Positions 12,531-23,509 of a stretch of 64,000 nt of DNA are shown here, piece after piece; the stretch's first letter is position 1; every line of letters starts with the position of its first letter. Source of the DNA: Vicugna vicugna (lineage: Eukaryota). The DNA is taken from NCBI GenBank assembly GCA_013265495.1, contig MU057640.1, positions 1,311,303 through 1,375,302 on the forward strand, in the 5' to 3' direction. The translations under genes and the position numbers were made by a program. The notes beneath the pieces are model-generated. The model saw nothing but the letters and a program-made list of their open reading frames with translations, searched no databases and had not been told where the DNA came from.

Positions 12531-13725
12531 GTGCTGATTCCTTCTGGACAGGTTATTAGTAGTGTAATTTACAGAAAGAGAAGATATCCAACATTACTGT
12601 GCTATGATTCTTTTAAAACAACACGGTTCACCATTAACGATGCCCAAGTCTTTACTGGTCATGCGTGTTTCTGAGCAGGGCGGGCCATCTTGCACGTTCA
12701 TCTCAATTTTGTTTGTCCTGGGGAAGCAGCATCAGAGAAGTTACTTGAATGTATCTACTGTGAGACTGGAATCTGTCCAGGTCACTGTTCTGCATTGAAC
12801 TAGAGGCAAATGGCTTCAACTTGCTGGGCCTATTTCCTTTGCCCTCGTACTACCATTTCTATTCCCATCTAGAGTTAGTTAACCAGCCCAACCCCATCTG
12901 TTTTCCACCTGCAGCAGATTTGGAGCACAACCAATTGGCCCCTCCAGTCAACTCATGGATGAAGATCTTCATCAACGTAGGTCAACAGTACCGTCTAGGA
13001 AGTGCCAACTCATATCCAAGCCCTTCAGAAATAATGTATAAACCTTCTTGACCAGGTAAGAATCACGGTCTCCGCAGACCTTTTTTGCTTGCTCATCAGT
13101 ATCTTGTGGCATTCAGTCTTACTCTGCCATGTAATTCTAGAATTTGTAGAATTGTTAGACCAAATAAAAAGAAACTCTACTGTCAGCTCTCAATTAGCTG
13201 CACCACTGGAGAGGAACAGGGACGTGGTAGATTTTAAACATTTGGTTCCATTTGGCTTTGGAATGCACTGTGATTTTTTTTTCAGTAGATTAACTTTTCT
13301 AATTATATTTTGCACAGCCTAATATTAACAGGCATTTGTATTCCCTGGGCATGTAACATCTAACGTTGAGAGTTGGGAGATGCAGTAGAGGAGTCCAAAA
13401 ATGTGCTGGTCTCAGGGAATGACAATGTTGTTATGGAAAATCCACACATGGATAATAAATAGGGAACTAATTATAAAGCACTCTGCAAATGTTAAATCGT
13501 AAGCAGAGAAGGCAAATTAGGAATTCTCTATGGACATGTGAGCAGAGAGCAAAAAAGCTTATTAAAAGGGACAGAAAGTTTCAAGAATCATCTTGGGTGT
13601 TAATGGAGACTGATGGAAAAATTAGGATACAAGGCGGGTCCATAAATTACTACTGGGTGGTCTTTCAAATAAGAAAACCTCAAGCAATAATACCAAAGCG
13701 TTTTAAAAGAGCGTTTAAAATGAAT

Positions 13726-13731
13726 TTTATT
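13726..13731 (-). terminator. Distal polyadenylation signal AATAAA
   Basis: aaacAATAAAattcattttaaacgctctttttaaaacgctttggtattattg on the minus strand, at the end of the AU-rich UTR-like block. Confidence 0.7.
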
Positions 13732-14622
13732 GTTTAAATTTTACAAGTAGTCTTCAAAGGCTTCAAACAAGAACTCTGTTGCAAAACTCTAATAAATAGC
13801 TTGCCCCAAGTCCCCAAACAAAATGTAAAACAAAATAAAAACTAAACTCTGAAGGATAAGCAAGACTTCAGAATGCTTGGATGTTAGCGGTATTTCTCAT
13901 TTATAAAGAGATTATCAGGCAACGTACAATCTCCTTCATACAAGTCAAAGAGAGAAAGAGACAGACAACTGAGATCTTTACAAAGCACTCCGAAATCTTC
14001 CTATTTCCATGACAAGTGTCACCAGGAAAAAAAAATCCCATGGAGAAATCACAATAATGAATGAAACTGTAGCATAAAAGTCTGGTGATGGGGGTGAGGG
14101 GAGAAGAGAGGAAAATCCACCCTGTTTCTTTCAGGGATGGAGACAGGCAGGATTTGAGATTCCTCAGGGCAGGGAACTTCTGAGCAGATGCCGCTAGACT
14201 GCTGAATGTTCCCTTAGACCAGAGTCGCCACTGAAGGGGCACAGGTGGTAATTCAGTGACAAAGTCAAGGCAAGAAGAAACAAGGCCACCAGGGGCTCCC
14301 CTGGGGCCTCTCAACACTGGTGGCCCAGTGTCTCTGTGCTGCGTGGGACTGCAAGCCTTGGAACAATGGCCAGGGACCCAAAGCAGCTGCATTACTAGAT
14401 GGGAAAAACAGCACATCAATCATTTCTGCAGCAGAACCCTGTGGACGGCGCACAGGGATGCAGAAAATGCTGGGCTGAAATTGCACACCGGGACATGCAG
14501 GTCTCAAAAGCCCATTCCATTATCACAGTCATTGCTCCTAATTAAGTATTAAAAGTTCACAATTTAACATTCACTTTTCCTAGTTACAAATACTGGTGAA
14601 GTCTTGCTCTGGAGAGAAAGGA

Positions 14623-14636
14623 TTTATTACTTTATT
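14623..14636 (-). terminator. Middle polyadenylation signal pair (AATAAA at 14631-14636 and 14623-14628)
   Basis: attaataaagtaataaatcc on the minus strand. Confidence 0.4.
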
Positions 14637-15368
14637 AATGTGATCATTTTGAGCGAGCTAAAAATACAGTTTTGCTACTTGTTATCTTTAAAAAAAAAAA
14701 ATCTCCAAGAACTACACTTTTGACCAAAATGCATACAAGTCATAAGATTTTTAGTTTGGAGGAATTGAAACCGATTACTGTTGGGAGCCAGGAAGCTATA
14801 GAAAGGCTGATTCCAATTTAGAGGGACTCAAGCCAAACAAAAAGGGCTCCAGCTCTGAGGAGCACACAGCCCCTGGGACCATCTCCCTGGGGGGAAGGAT
14901 GACGTAGTGATGTCACAATGCAGGACAGAAAAAGGGCGTGGCCCGCAGGCTCGTCTCTGCCTCTCTCTGGTTCACTGATTTGCTATTGTTAACTAACCCC
15001 GACTCTGTTGATCTCTGTAAGGTAAGTACAAACATCACTAGCTCATGCACAAGCCATTCAAAGGAGGTAGGCGTTGTCTGAAACCACCTCCCTTCACAGG
15101 TGTTTCAAGAACGAAGGTAAGGAAATCCCCCTCCCCAAATAAACAGTTTTTAAAAACTTTATTTTCCTAGGAACAATGACATTTGTCAGGATAACAAGGG
15201 GAAAGCTTGGGTTACCTGAAATAGATAAAAGAAAGAGCTGATGGAAATAGAGGCAGATGGGCTGGGGTGGGAGAGACCCTGGTCCTAGGCCCAGTTTCTT
15301 TTTAAATACATAACAGATAAAGATATTGTGCAAAAAAATAAAGACATTCACATTTTAGCAGTTAAACT

Positions 15369-15395
15369 TTTATTTTACTTTTTAAAATTTTTATT
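15369..15395 (-). terminator. Proximal polyadenylation signal pair (AATAAA at 15390-15395 and 15369-15374)
   Basis: Two AATAAA on the minus strand, followed by U/GU-rich element tgtgaatgtctttatttttttg. Confidence 0.65.
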
Positions 15396-15588
15396 TACCT
15401 TTTTTTTCTTTTTCTTTTCTACAAAAGGCAGACAATGATTGTTGATCTGCAGTTGTTGTGTTGTGCACTCCCCGAAAAGGGGCCAAGTCGGGAGCTAGGT
15501 GGGGAGCTCTGAGAATGCCTTCAGCGGCGGAACTTGGGGGCTACAAGACCTTGCCAGAGAGGGCGCCCCCGCGGCCCCCCGTCCTGGC

Positions 15589-15732
15589 CTAGCTCATGTC
15601 TATGGTGTTGAAGACCCACTCTGTGAACTTCTTCAGCTTGTCGGAGGCATTCTGGGACTCCTCCTGCAGCCTCAGGTTGTCCTCCCGCAAGTGCTCAACT
15701 TCTGCCTGGAGGTGGGCCTTGTCCTCTTTCTC
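15589..15732 (-). CDS. SIPA1L1: SIPA1L1 last coding exon: [47 protein letters not shown]
   Basis: 3' part of ORF 15589..15843; acceptor ctccctcccag|G; TAG at 15589-15591. Confidence 0.97.
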   Translation of the reverse strand, partial: EKEDKAHLQAEVEHLREDNLRLQEESQNASDKLKKFTEWVFNTIDMS

Positions 15733-16378
15733 CTGGGAGGGAGAGCAGGGCAGAGAGGGACTCGGAGGGGGCCCGCCTTGCCCAGCCGCTGGGAGGAGTG
15801 GCTGGGGCTCTCTCTGCACTTGACCCTTATTTCTCCTCTTCATTCCACTAAACAGGTGTCTACGTGGGCCGGCCCTGGGCGTTTTAAGATGCTCTCACCC
15901 CAGGAGCAGGACGTCCAGAGAGATCCACCACAGGTTTATTTTGGACTGTAAGTACATGACTGCGCAGTTTAATGTCTTTGTTAAATAATAAGGAATAAGG
16001 GCTGCCTTACTTTTTAGACGATTGTTTAAGAAACAAAACAGTATCTCGCCTGGATAACAATGAGGACATGTGGGTCTGGGCTGTGGACCGCTGATACGAG
16101 GGGTGGGGAGGCCGGGAGAGGGCTCAGAGGGGGCTGGCGGAGGTTTAAAGGCTTTCACCGAAAAAGGGAACGCTTCTTCTGTACGTGGAAAACGCCCACA
16201 ACTTTGCACTCTGTGTCAGTGGAACCAGGCCCCAAGCCCACCCGCCCCCAAAGGCGTGTGTAGCAAGAAAACGGAAAACGCCCACAACTTACTCCACTAA
16301 CACTAGAGTAACTCGGCTCTCGAGGTTTAAGGGCAGCTTGCAAGCACTGGGCAACCCGCTTTGAGAATGTGTGTTTAC

Positions 16379-16463
16379 CTTCTTTAGATCTTCTCGAAGC
16401 ATCTTCAGCATCCCTTCCAGCTGGTCCACTTTAGAAGCCAGAGTGGGAGAGGAATCTTTACTG
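16379..16463 (-). CDS. SIPA1L1: SIPA1L1 coding exon K (85 or 82 nt; NAGNAG acceptor): (S)[28 protein letters not shown]
   Basis: Acceptor ttcttgttcccag|cag|T, donor AAG|gtaaac; start of the coiled coil. Confidence 0.94.
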
Positions 16464-18426
16464 CTGGGAACAAGAAATAAGAGACCAGGTTGTCAGGAGC
16501 CTCCACGGCTGGGTTTGTCTGGCATTTGTTTCAGAGCCAGCTATATTTATAAAACTGTTTGCAATGTCAAATGACTCAGCATGGTGCCCCAATGCACGTT
16601 TTTTAAAAATGGCAATCTTAACGAAAGGTAATATAAGTGTGAATTACAGCCAATCAAAGATTGCTTTGATTTTGTCAAAGATGCTGCATCTCTGTGACCA
16701 AAGAATATAGGACACTAAGTGAACAAGGGCTCTTTGGTGGCATGCGAGGGACTTTCTGGCAGACACCACTGTCAAACAGTGAAAGGAGTCACTTTAAGGA
16801 GAGCTACTCCTCTGTGTGAGCGTGTCAGGTCGGGGAAGGGTTGGGGCGATCCAGGTAAGTCAAGTCTGTGACTACTCATCCAGTGGCAGCTAATTTATCA
16901 TGCCCAAGTCTTTTAACTTAGGCTAGTTTAAATATCTAAGTATTTTAAAGATAAGACTACATCTTTCAGAAGCTTGTCAGTCCAACCTTAATGTCTTAAA
17001 TGCTTTTCTATTATGATGAGCAAACACTAAGGCCCACAATTTTCTTATCTGCTCGTTTTCTCCCATTTAAGTGCTAAAAAGGCTAGGCTAGGGAGCACTG
17101 AATGGAAGGGGACGTAATGGATGAGAAGGCCATGCCGCTGGCCGGACAGGTGACTCAGCTGAGCCGGGGCTGAAGACTCTCTCAACTCCTTTCCTCTGCA
17201 CTCCTCCACTTGAATTCAAGCCTCGGAAAATTTCCCGGTGAGTGAGTTCCTCAGAGTCAAAAGACCAAAAATCTCAAGGCTCCCATTGGGATTATATGCA
17301 GCTTCCTTTTTCCAGAGGTCAAAGGGGAAGAGGCAGTAACTTGGAATTTTTGGCATCATGAAATAAAAGGTATTCTTTACTTTAAAAATCAGAAGTTCAA
17401 GCTAGAATTCCTGACCTACAGGAAGCTGTGTGGCTGTCTTCTAATTTCAGATCCACAGCCAGCCCACAGGGGCATGGAGTGTGACACATAGGCTGTAAGT
17501 AGAAGGGAACGATCATGACCTCGAAACTCTAAGACAGGACAACCAATTAAACGCTGACAGTGAGTAGATTTTAAAAGGGAAGTGGTCAGCCACAATCCAC
17601 GACCTCACTAGCGGGTCAGATCCGCATGGGTTGAAGGCTAAACGTGTGACAGAATCAGGCTGGTGCTGAACAGAAATACTGAAGTGGGGCGGAGCCGGGG
17701 GAGGGTAGGGCAGGGCTGTCCTTCACAAGCCACTGAGTCCACTGTCCCAGCTCCTGGCACGGCTGACGCAGCCGCTGTCCCTAACTCTCAGCAGGCCAGC
17801 TTGGCTTCTGAAGACTTGCAAAATGGATTGCGTGTCTGTGTGGGCACTGATAACCTTTACAAACAGGTTTAACTCCGTCTGTATTGGCTCACCCACACTG
17901 AACAAAGAAAAGACCCCATCCTCATCTTATGATTCTACAAAGATTTAAGGACTGTTTCATAATCCCTTTTCAGGAGAACAGTCCCTGCTCACTCAGGCTT
18001 CTCTTCACCCTAAAAAGCTACATTTGGGGCTCTCCCCACCGACTTTTTTAAAGTTCTCGACAGCCAAACTACCCACCACTTTCCTTCCTCAGCAGTCCTA
18101 GTGGCAGGATGAAGGCCGCGTCAGACTGCTACACTCGTAACAAACAACCCATGACTCTCACGCTTTCTCCGTGAAGAGGGTTCCTTGCAGACTTGCCTAA
18201 GACGTCTTCCTCGGGTTATCTGCGCACTCCATTCCAGCCTCACTCTTCCTGTTTAGTGGCTGTTTCTGACCAAGTTTTATAGCTACCTGGATTCTTAGTC
18301 ATTCTCGAAAGGTTTTTAAAGAAGAGATTTCAAATGGACGACATGATTCTGCATTGAGGAGTGCTCACTATGTGTCCACAGCTGACTGCTGGGATGCGCT
18401 AATATATAATAGCATCACCCATTTAC

Positions 18427-18504
18427 CTAACAACTTCACCATCTGAAACTGAGGGGGAAATGGGACAGTCAGCCTCTCCATAGTTAAGGTCACCGTTCAT
18501 ACTT
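18427..18504 (-). CDS. SIPA1L1: Candidate 78-nt cassette exon, adds RSMNGDLNYGEADCPISPSVSDGEVV
   Basis: Acceptor gttgttttacttattttacatag|, donor TAG|gtaaat; phase 2-2, open (3' end of ORF 18423..18662). Confidence 0.6.
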
Positions 18505-18954
18505 CTATGTAAAATAAGTAAAACAACAGCTGAAGGAGATCTTAATGCTCCTCCTGGGGACTCAGTTCGAACGTAGGTCTGAAGCAGAACAGAGGGAGAC
18601 GCAGGCACGTTTACAAGCAGGACTGACAGCTGGGGAAGAGGCTTAAGCTCAGACTCCGACACGTTTAGTCCTTGAGTCTGGTTCTTATTTACCGCAAATG
18701 ATTTCTCTTAGCTTACCCAATAGACCCTCAAGACATAAAACGTATTATGGCATTAAATAGTCATGAATTGTCATAATTATGACTTTAAGTCATCAAGAAC
18801 AATTTAACAGTGTTTACAGTATCTGTAACTACAAGGTGAGTGTCTGGCACCCTAGGGCTGAGCTTCATTCAGGGAACCCATGTGGCCCCATCGCCTCTCC
18901 CCCACGCCGGCTGTCACCCGTGGAGATGACGCGAGGTGAAGAGTGGTGACTGAC

Positions 18955-19069
18955 CTGCTGTAAGACTTCATCTGGGCCAGAGCCTGGTCCTCAAGCTGGT
19001 CACTGTTGGATGCAGCACTCAGAGGGCGATGGTTTTCATCACTAGCAGCAAAGAACGAGGCTCTCTGGA
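18955..19069 (-). CDS. SIPA1L1: SIPA1L1 coding exon J (115 nt, phase 1-2): [38 protein letters not shown]
   Basis: Acceptor ctcccttttccag|T, donor CAG|gtcagt. Confidence 0.95.
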
Positions 19070-20491
19070 CTGGAAAAGGGAGAAGAAACCATTCAGAATT
19101 CTGGAGACACAGCCCGGGCCCTCTCTATCAGAAGCCAAGCAACGGCCTAATGGACAGTCAACTCTAATCGACAGGGAGGAACGCATCGGAAACCTTATCT
19201 CCCAACCCTCCCAGGACAACATGTTTTACCTGGAAGAGGATAGTAGCCTTGTAATTTCTTTTTTAAAAATAATTGTTTTGAATCAATTTCTATTCCTGCT
19301 TTTCCCTTACTCATCAAAGTAGCATTCTGTTCAATGCTTCCCTGGGAACAAAACTTGTGCCAAACTTCCAGACCAAGGCTTTCCACTCAGTGACGCCATG
19401 CAATGCATTAAAGACCTAGTATGCAGCTGCGTGAGGCTTTGTGAAGGGTGTGCTCCACGAGGCGCCTGGCCACCTTGATGGGCTTTAACCTAGAGCCACA
19501 CCAACTTCAAGCTGGAGCTAAGGAACAAAATCAAAAAAATTTCCCACTAAGAAAACAAAACTGATTTTATATGAAGGAGAGTGACCAACACGTTGAAATT
19601 TACAATCAAGTGAGTGCTGGGGACTTGTCATCAGCTAAAATGGGGACTCACTGTTCACCGCTCTATGGTTGCCTGACTTTTGAATTCCATGGCCTAGTCA
19701 ATTTCCTCTGAAAATTGGAGCTTGACTGAATAGCAACTTTCATTTTTCCAAGCAAGGGCAATAGAACAAAACCTCAAAAACCAATCACTTACTAGCATCA
19801 TCATTTTACAAAGAACATTTTAGCACCAAAAAAATTTTGGAATGACAATTGTAGAGTCAGTATATTAAAAAAAAAAAAAAGATACATGACAACCTTGTGT
19901 CAGCACAGAAAAGCATTACTTCTAGTTTTTTGTATTTCAGCAGAGCATGTCCGTACTAGTCTAAGGGCCCGCATTTAAAGACCACTGGCTTAACACAAGC
20001 ACAGAGCCAGTGGGCTGACCAGGAGCACTGCAGACAGAAAGCGCGCTACCACGCCCGGGAGAGATGAGTGAGGGGGCGGAGGGAAGACCTGACGTTTGTG
20101 GGGACTGGGGCTGGGCCCAGCAGGACAAGCATCCTAACACATCCAGCTGTGCATTTGGCAATGATGAAAACACATGATGAAAAACTCTCTCTGGACCTGT
20201 GTTTTCAGTCAAGTGATAGCTGGGATTCCTCTGCGCTCTGCCCATCCCACGTGGAGGGAGGGGAGGCATCCGAATTATGAACTCCTATGTGAGGAAACAC
20301 CAGGTTCCACCTGATTAAATCCAACAGCATGGGTCCTACCACGTGCTCGAGAACTGTCAGCTCACCTGGTTTCTGGCTGTGCTGGTGAAATGCATGTGCT
20401 GTCAGTGTGTCCAGAGCTGTCAGTATGTCCAGAGCAGCTCACACTGCCCACGACCTCAGCGTGGCCCAGCCTGGATGGTCAGCGGACTCAC

Positions 20492-20638
20492 CCTCATAGG
20501 CCTTGGCGGCATCCACTAGGTTGGACCAGTCCAAATCTGCAGCAGCGTCGGGCAGCGGCATCAGGCCGGGGTCGGGCATGGGTGGCCTCCGGGTCTCCTG
20601 GACATCAGTGAGTGAGCTGTCTGAGGCTGAGAACTCTC
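20492..20638 (-). CDS. SIPA1L1: SIPA1L1 coding exon I (147 nt, phase 1-1): [49 protein letters not shown]
   Basis: Within ORF 20439..20654; acceptor tcccttcctgcag|G, donor AGG|gtgagt. Confidence 0.95.
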
Positions 20639-23360
20639 CTGCAGGAAGGGACAAGGAATAAGAGACGTCTCATGCCTGCAGCAGAACCACTCAAAATTTT
20701 ACACATTTCCTGTTTGCCACGATAGATCTGTAAGTTATTCGTTACCTGGAATCAGTTTCTAGTCTAACAGGCCATTAGTGGCCATTCTAAAGCTGAGTGG
20801 AACTAGGAACTGGCTTCCTCCAGTCCTCATTTTTTTTTTTTTAATAACTCCCACTGTCCCATTTCTAGTGATGGGAGTCACGGAAAAGTTATGAAGGGGA
20901 TGACTTCACAGAGAGCTGGGTTTTGCAGCCAAACCAGGGAGGCTCGTGGATGCCTGTGGGAGGGGATACTAAAGCTTATTTTTACCTGCATTGGACTCTG
21001 GGATCTGACTGCCCTCCCTGTGGACTCCCAGCACCCCTGGGACTGGGGAGGGACAGACCCATCCGTGGCCCACATCTGTCCTATATCCCAGGGATGGCCC
21101 ACTGGTTTCTCCAGTTGGGTGTATCCAGGGTGGTGTGAGAACCAAATCCGAGCACGTGAGAGTGAGGGCTGGGTCACCCAGTGGAGTAACACAGGTTAAC
21201 TGTTGTCAGCATCCTTCTCCTTCCAAAGGACACAATAAGTAACTCTCGGCATCAGTTTTGGTTTCCAGCAGCCCAACATCCCAAGCCCCTTCTAAGGTGG
21301 CAATTAAAAAAAAAAAAATACAAGTATTAAACTATAGTAACAACTCCTCTTTGCCTAGGCTGGGCACGGGAGGAGCGGGTGCAACGAGCCACTCTGTGCA
21401 GCGGAGGTGTGCTGCTACGGCTCAGGCTGATACCGGCAGAGAAGGGCGGGAAAGGGAGCTCATGAAATGAAGATGCTCTCAACGCGGCAGAAGCTGGGGT
21501 GGAAATGAGGGCAGAACGTGCGCCTCCTTGAGATGCGCCGCCCGCAGAATCCACGCAAACAGCCAAGAGTGAAGCTCTCAGTTAAAAATCTATAAGCAAC
21601 TCCAGAAATACCTGTTTGTGAGGAGTTGCCAATGATGACAGCCTGTAAACCAGAGTATATTTAGTGCTTGTTTTCCTTTCAAATTACACAAAGAACCACT
21701 CTGAAGCACAGCTGCTAGTTACTAATGTGCTTAAAATTAGCACAATTTTGAGTAAATGGAAACCAACAGATATTGCCTGATAGTAAAGGCTCAGTTCTAT
21801 TTAAACTTGCTCCCACCAAGGATGAATAGCAGGAACAGACAATTCTGTGTGTCACTCACAACCCTTCAGCCCTTTTATCCCTGGGGCTCAAATTTCTATT
21901 TGGGAAAGAAAGAAGTCGCGCATTCCTGAGACACCTATGGGGTGGCCACGCCCACAAGACCAAGGCGGAGGGATCAGCCCAGCAAGGATCGGCCAGTTCG
22001 GGGTGTGGGGGCACTGCGGCTGCTGCCGACTCTCAGGAAAGCAAGAAGAGGTGATGGGAGGCTGCTCCGAGAGGGGGCACCCGTTCCTTCCCTTCCTCAG
22101 CGCTAGGCCTTCCAGCCCAGGCTCCCTCGGCTGGACAGAGACCGCGGGCGGGAGGCAGATTTCAAGGCCGTTCTCTTAGTGTGTGAGCTTCGAGGAGGCA
22201 GGGTCTACTGTAACGCAGCACATGCAGACAGGCCTTCACGGAAGGTTTGCTATTATCGCTACAAAGGTTAAAAAAGGGACATGAAAGCAGCATTGGAGGT
22301 AGGCAGGAAGTTGTAGGAGGGATGGACTTGAGGGAAGAGCGGTCCCAAGGCAGGGGGAGGAGGGGTGGTTACCATTTAGGTCACTCTTAGGAGGCGGTGT
22401 CTAGAGTCTGGGTGGTAAAAAGCAGTCATTTCATGTGCCAACTTTGGTTCCTGGAGGGTGACCTCTCAGAGCAAAGAAAAGCCAGATTCGAGCTGCAGTT
22501 GGATGTGAGGAGGGAGGAGGCGGGGTGATCCTTGAGTGATGTCTGCCGAGGGTGACAAGGGGAGGGAGGGGCTGTGTCGGGGAGCAGGATGGAGTTGAGG
22601 GACGAACAGTCATGAGAGGGAGTTGAGAGCTCAGGAATGATGCGGGAAGAAAGCAGACTATGCAAGCAGGAGAGCTGGAGACAGTACTGACCCAAAGCAG
22701 CCGCAGAAGGAAGGAAATGGGGTATCAATGGACACTGAGGGAGGGAAAGCTCTAGCAGAATTCACCAAAGGATAAAGCACAAGAGGGAGGTGGCGTTGCA
22801 GCCGTACTTATGAAAAACAAGCGGGAACACAGGTTTCATGATAAGTATCTGCTGTGCTGGGCTACAGTGGGGAGGGCAGGTGCAGAACCCTGGAATGGAG
22901 CTGGACAGAGAGACAAGGAAGAAAAAACAAAATCCACAGGCCCTCACTATGGCCCTTAATAACACTGGGATCTAGTAAGGTCATTGAGGAAATCAGGCAT
23001 TTATGAATCAAAGGGAAAAACATGGAGATGCTCATCAATAAGCCTTTTTCTAAAATAATACCCACTTACTCAGTGCATGAATGAATGAATGAGTGCATGA
23101 GTCAACAGATGAGTGGCTGACACCACAGGTAATATTCTCACATCTGGGGAAAGGCAGAACAAATGGCGTGGCTCGGGAGAGCCAGTAGATACAATTAAAC
23201 TAATAATATGTAATAATAAAATAATAAATAATGAAACTAATCTAGTGTTAGCCAAATTTGCCCAATCCTAACAGTAGCTGGTAAAAATACTAATTCCCAC
23301 ACCACACTTTTATATTCAAATTCAGCAGGTCTTAGGTGAAGCCTGGAAATCTGCATTTTT

Positions 23361-23483
23361 GGGGTAGGAAATGGGGGGAGAGGTAATTAGATTTATTTAT
23401 TTTTAAATGGAGGTACTGGGGATTGAACCCAGGACCTCATGCATGCTAAGCATGTGCTCTACCACTGACCTATACCCTTCCCC
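23361..23483 (-). mobile_element. Vic-1-type camelid tRNA-derived SINE inserted in a MER5 relic
   Basis: GGGGAAGGGTATAGGTCAGTGGTAGAGC...GGTTCAATCCCCAGTACCTCC with A/B boxes; near-TSD cctggaaatctgcatttt (23342-23359) / cctgaaaatctgtatttt (23485-23502). Confidence 0.9.
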
Positions 23484-23509
23484 ACCTGAAAATCTGTATT
23501 TTCAACAAG

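Larger units (their letters stand above)
13705..15588 (-). other. SIPA1L1: SIPA1L1 3'UTR (long form ~1.9 kb)
   Basis: Repeat-free, AU-rich sequence after the stop; ends just past AATAAA at 13726-13731. Confidence 0.75.

Noticed and set aside
13901..14552. 172-aa and 98-aa ORFs in the 3'UTR
   Set aside because: No recognisable protein features, splice context or codon bias.
15499..15951. 150-aa plus-strand ORF and similar ORFs opposite exons E, F and G
   Set aside because: Antisense shadows of GC-rich SIPA1L1 coding exons.
20398..20437. 18-bp tandem duplication gctgtcagt(g/a)tgtccaga near exon I
   Set aside because: Two copies only, ordinary slippage; not an array or CRISPR-like structure.
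20746..20763. 18-nt AG...GT segment upstream of exon I
   Set aside because: Immediate in-frame TAG and no polypyrimidine tract.
23410..23483. tRNA-like sequence (also at 52183 and 60345) as tRNA genes
   Set aside because: They have A-rich tails, TSDs and degenerate stems, so they are Vic-1-type SINE heads, not tRNAs.
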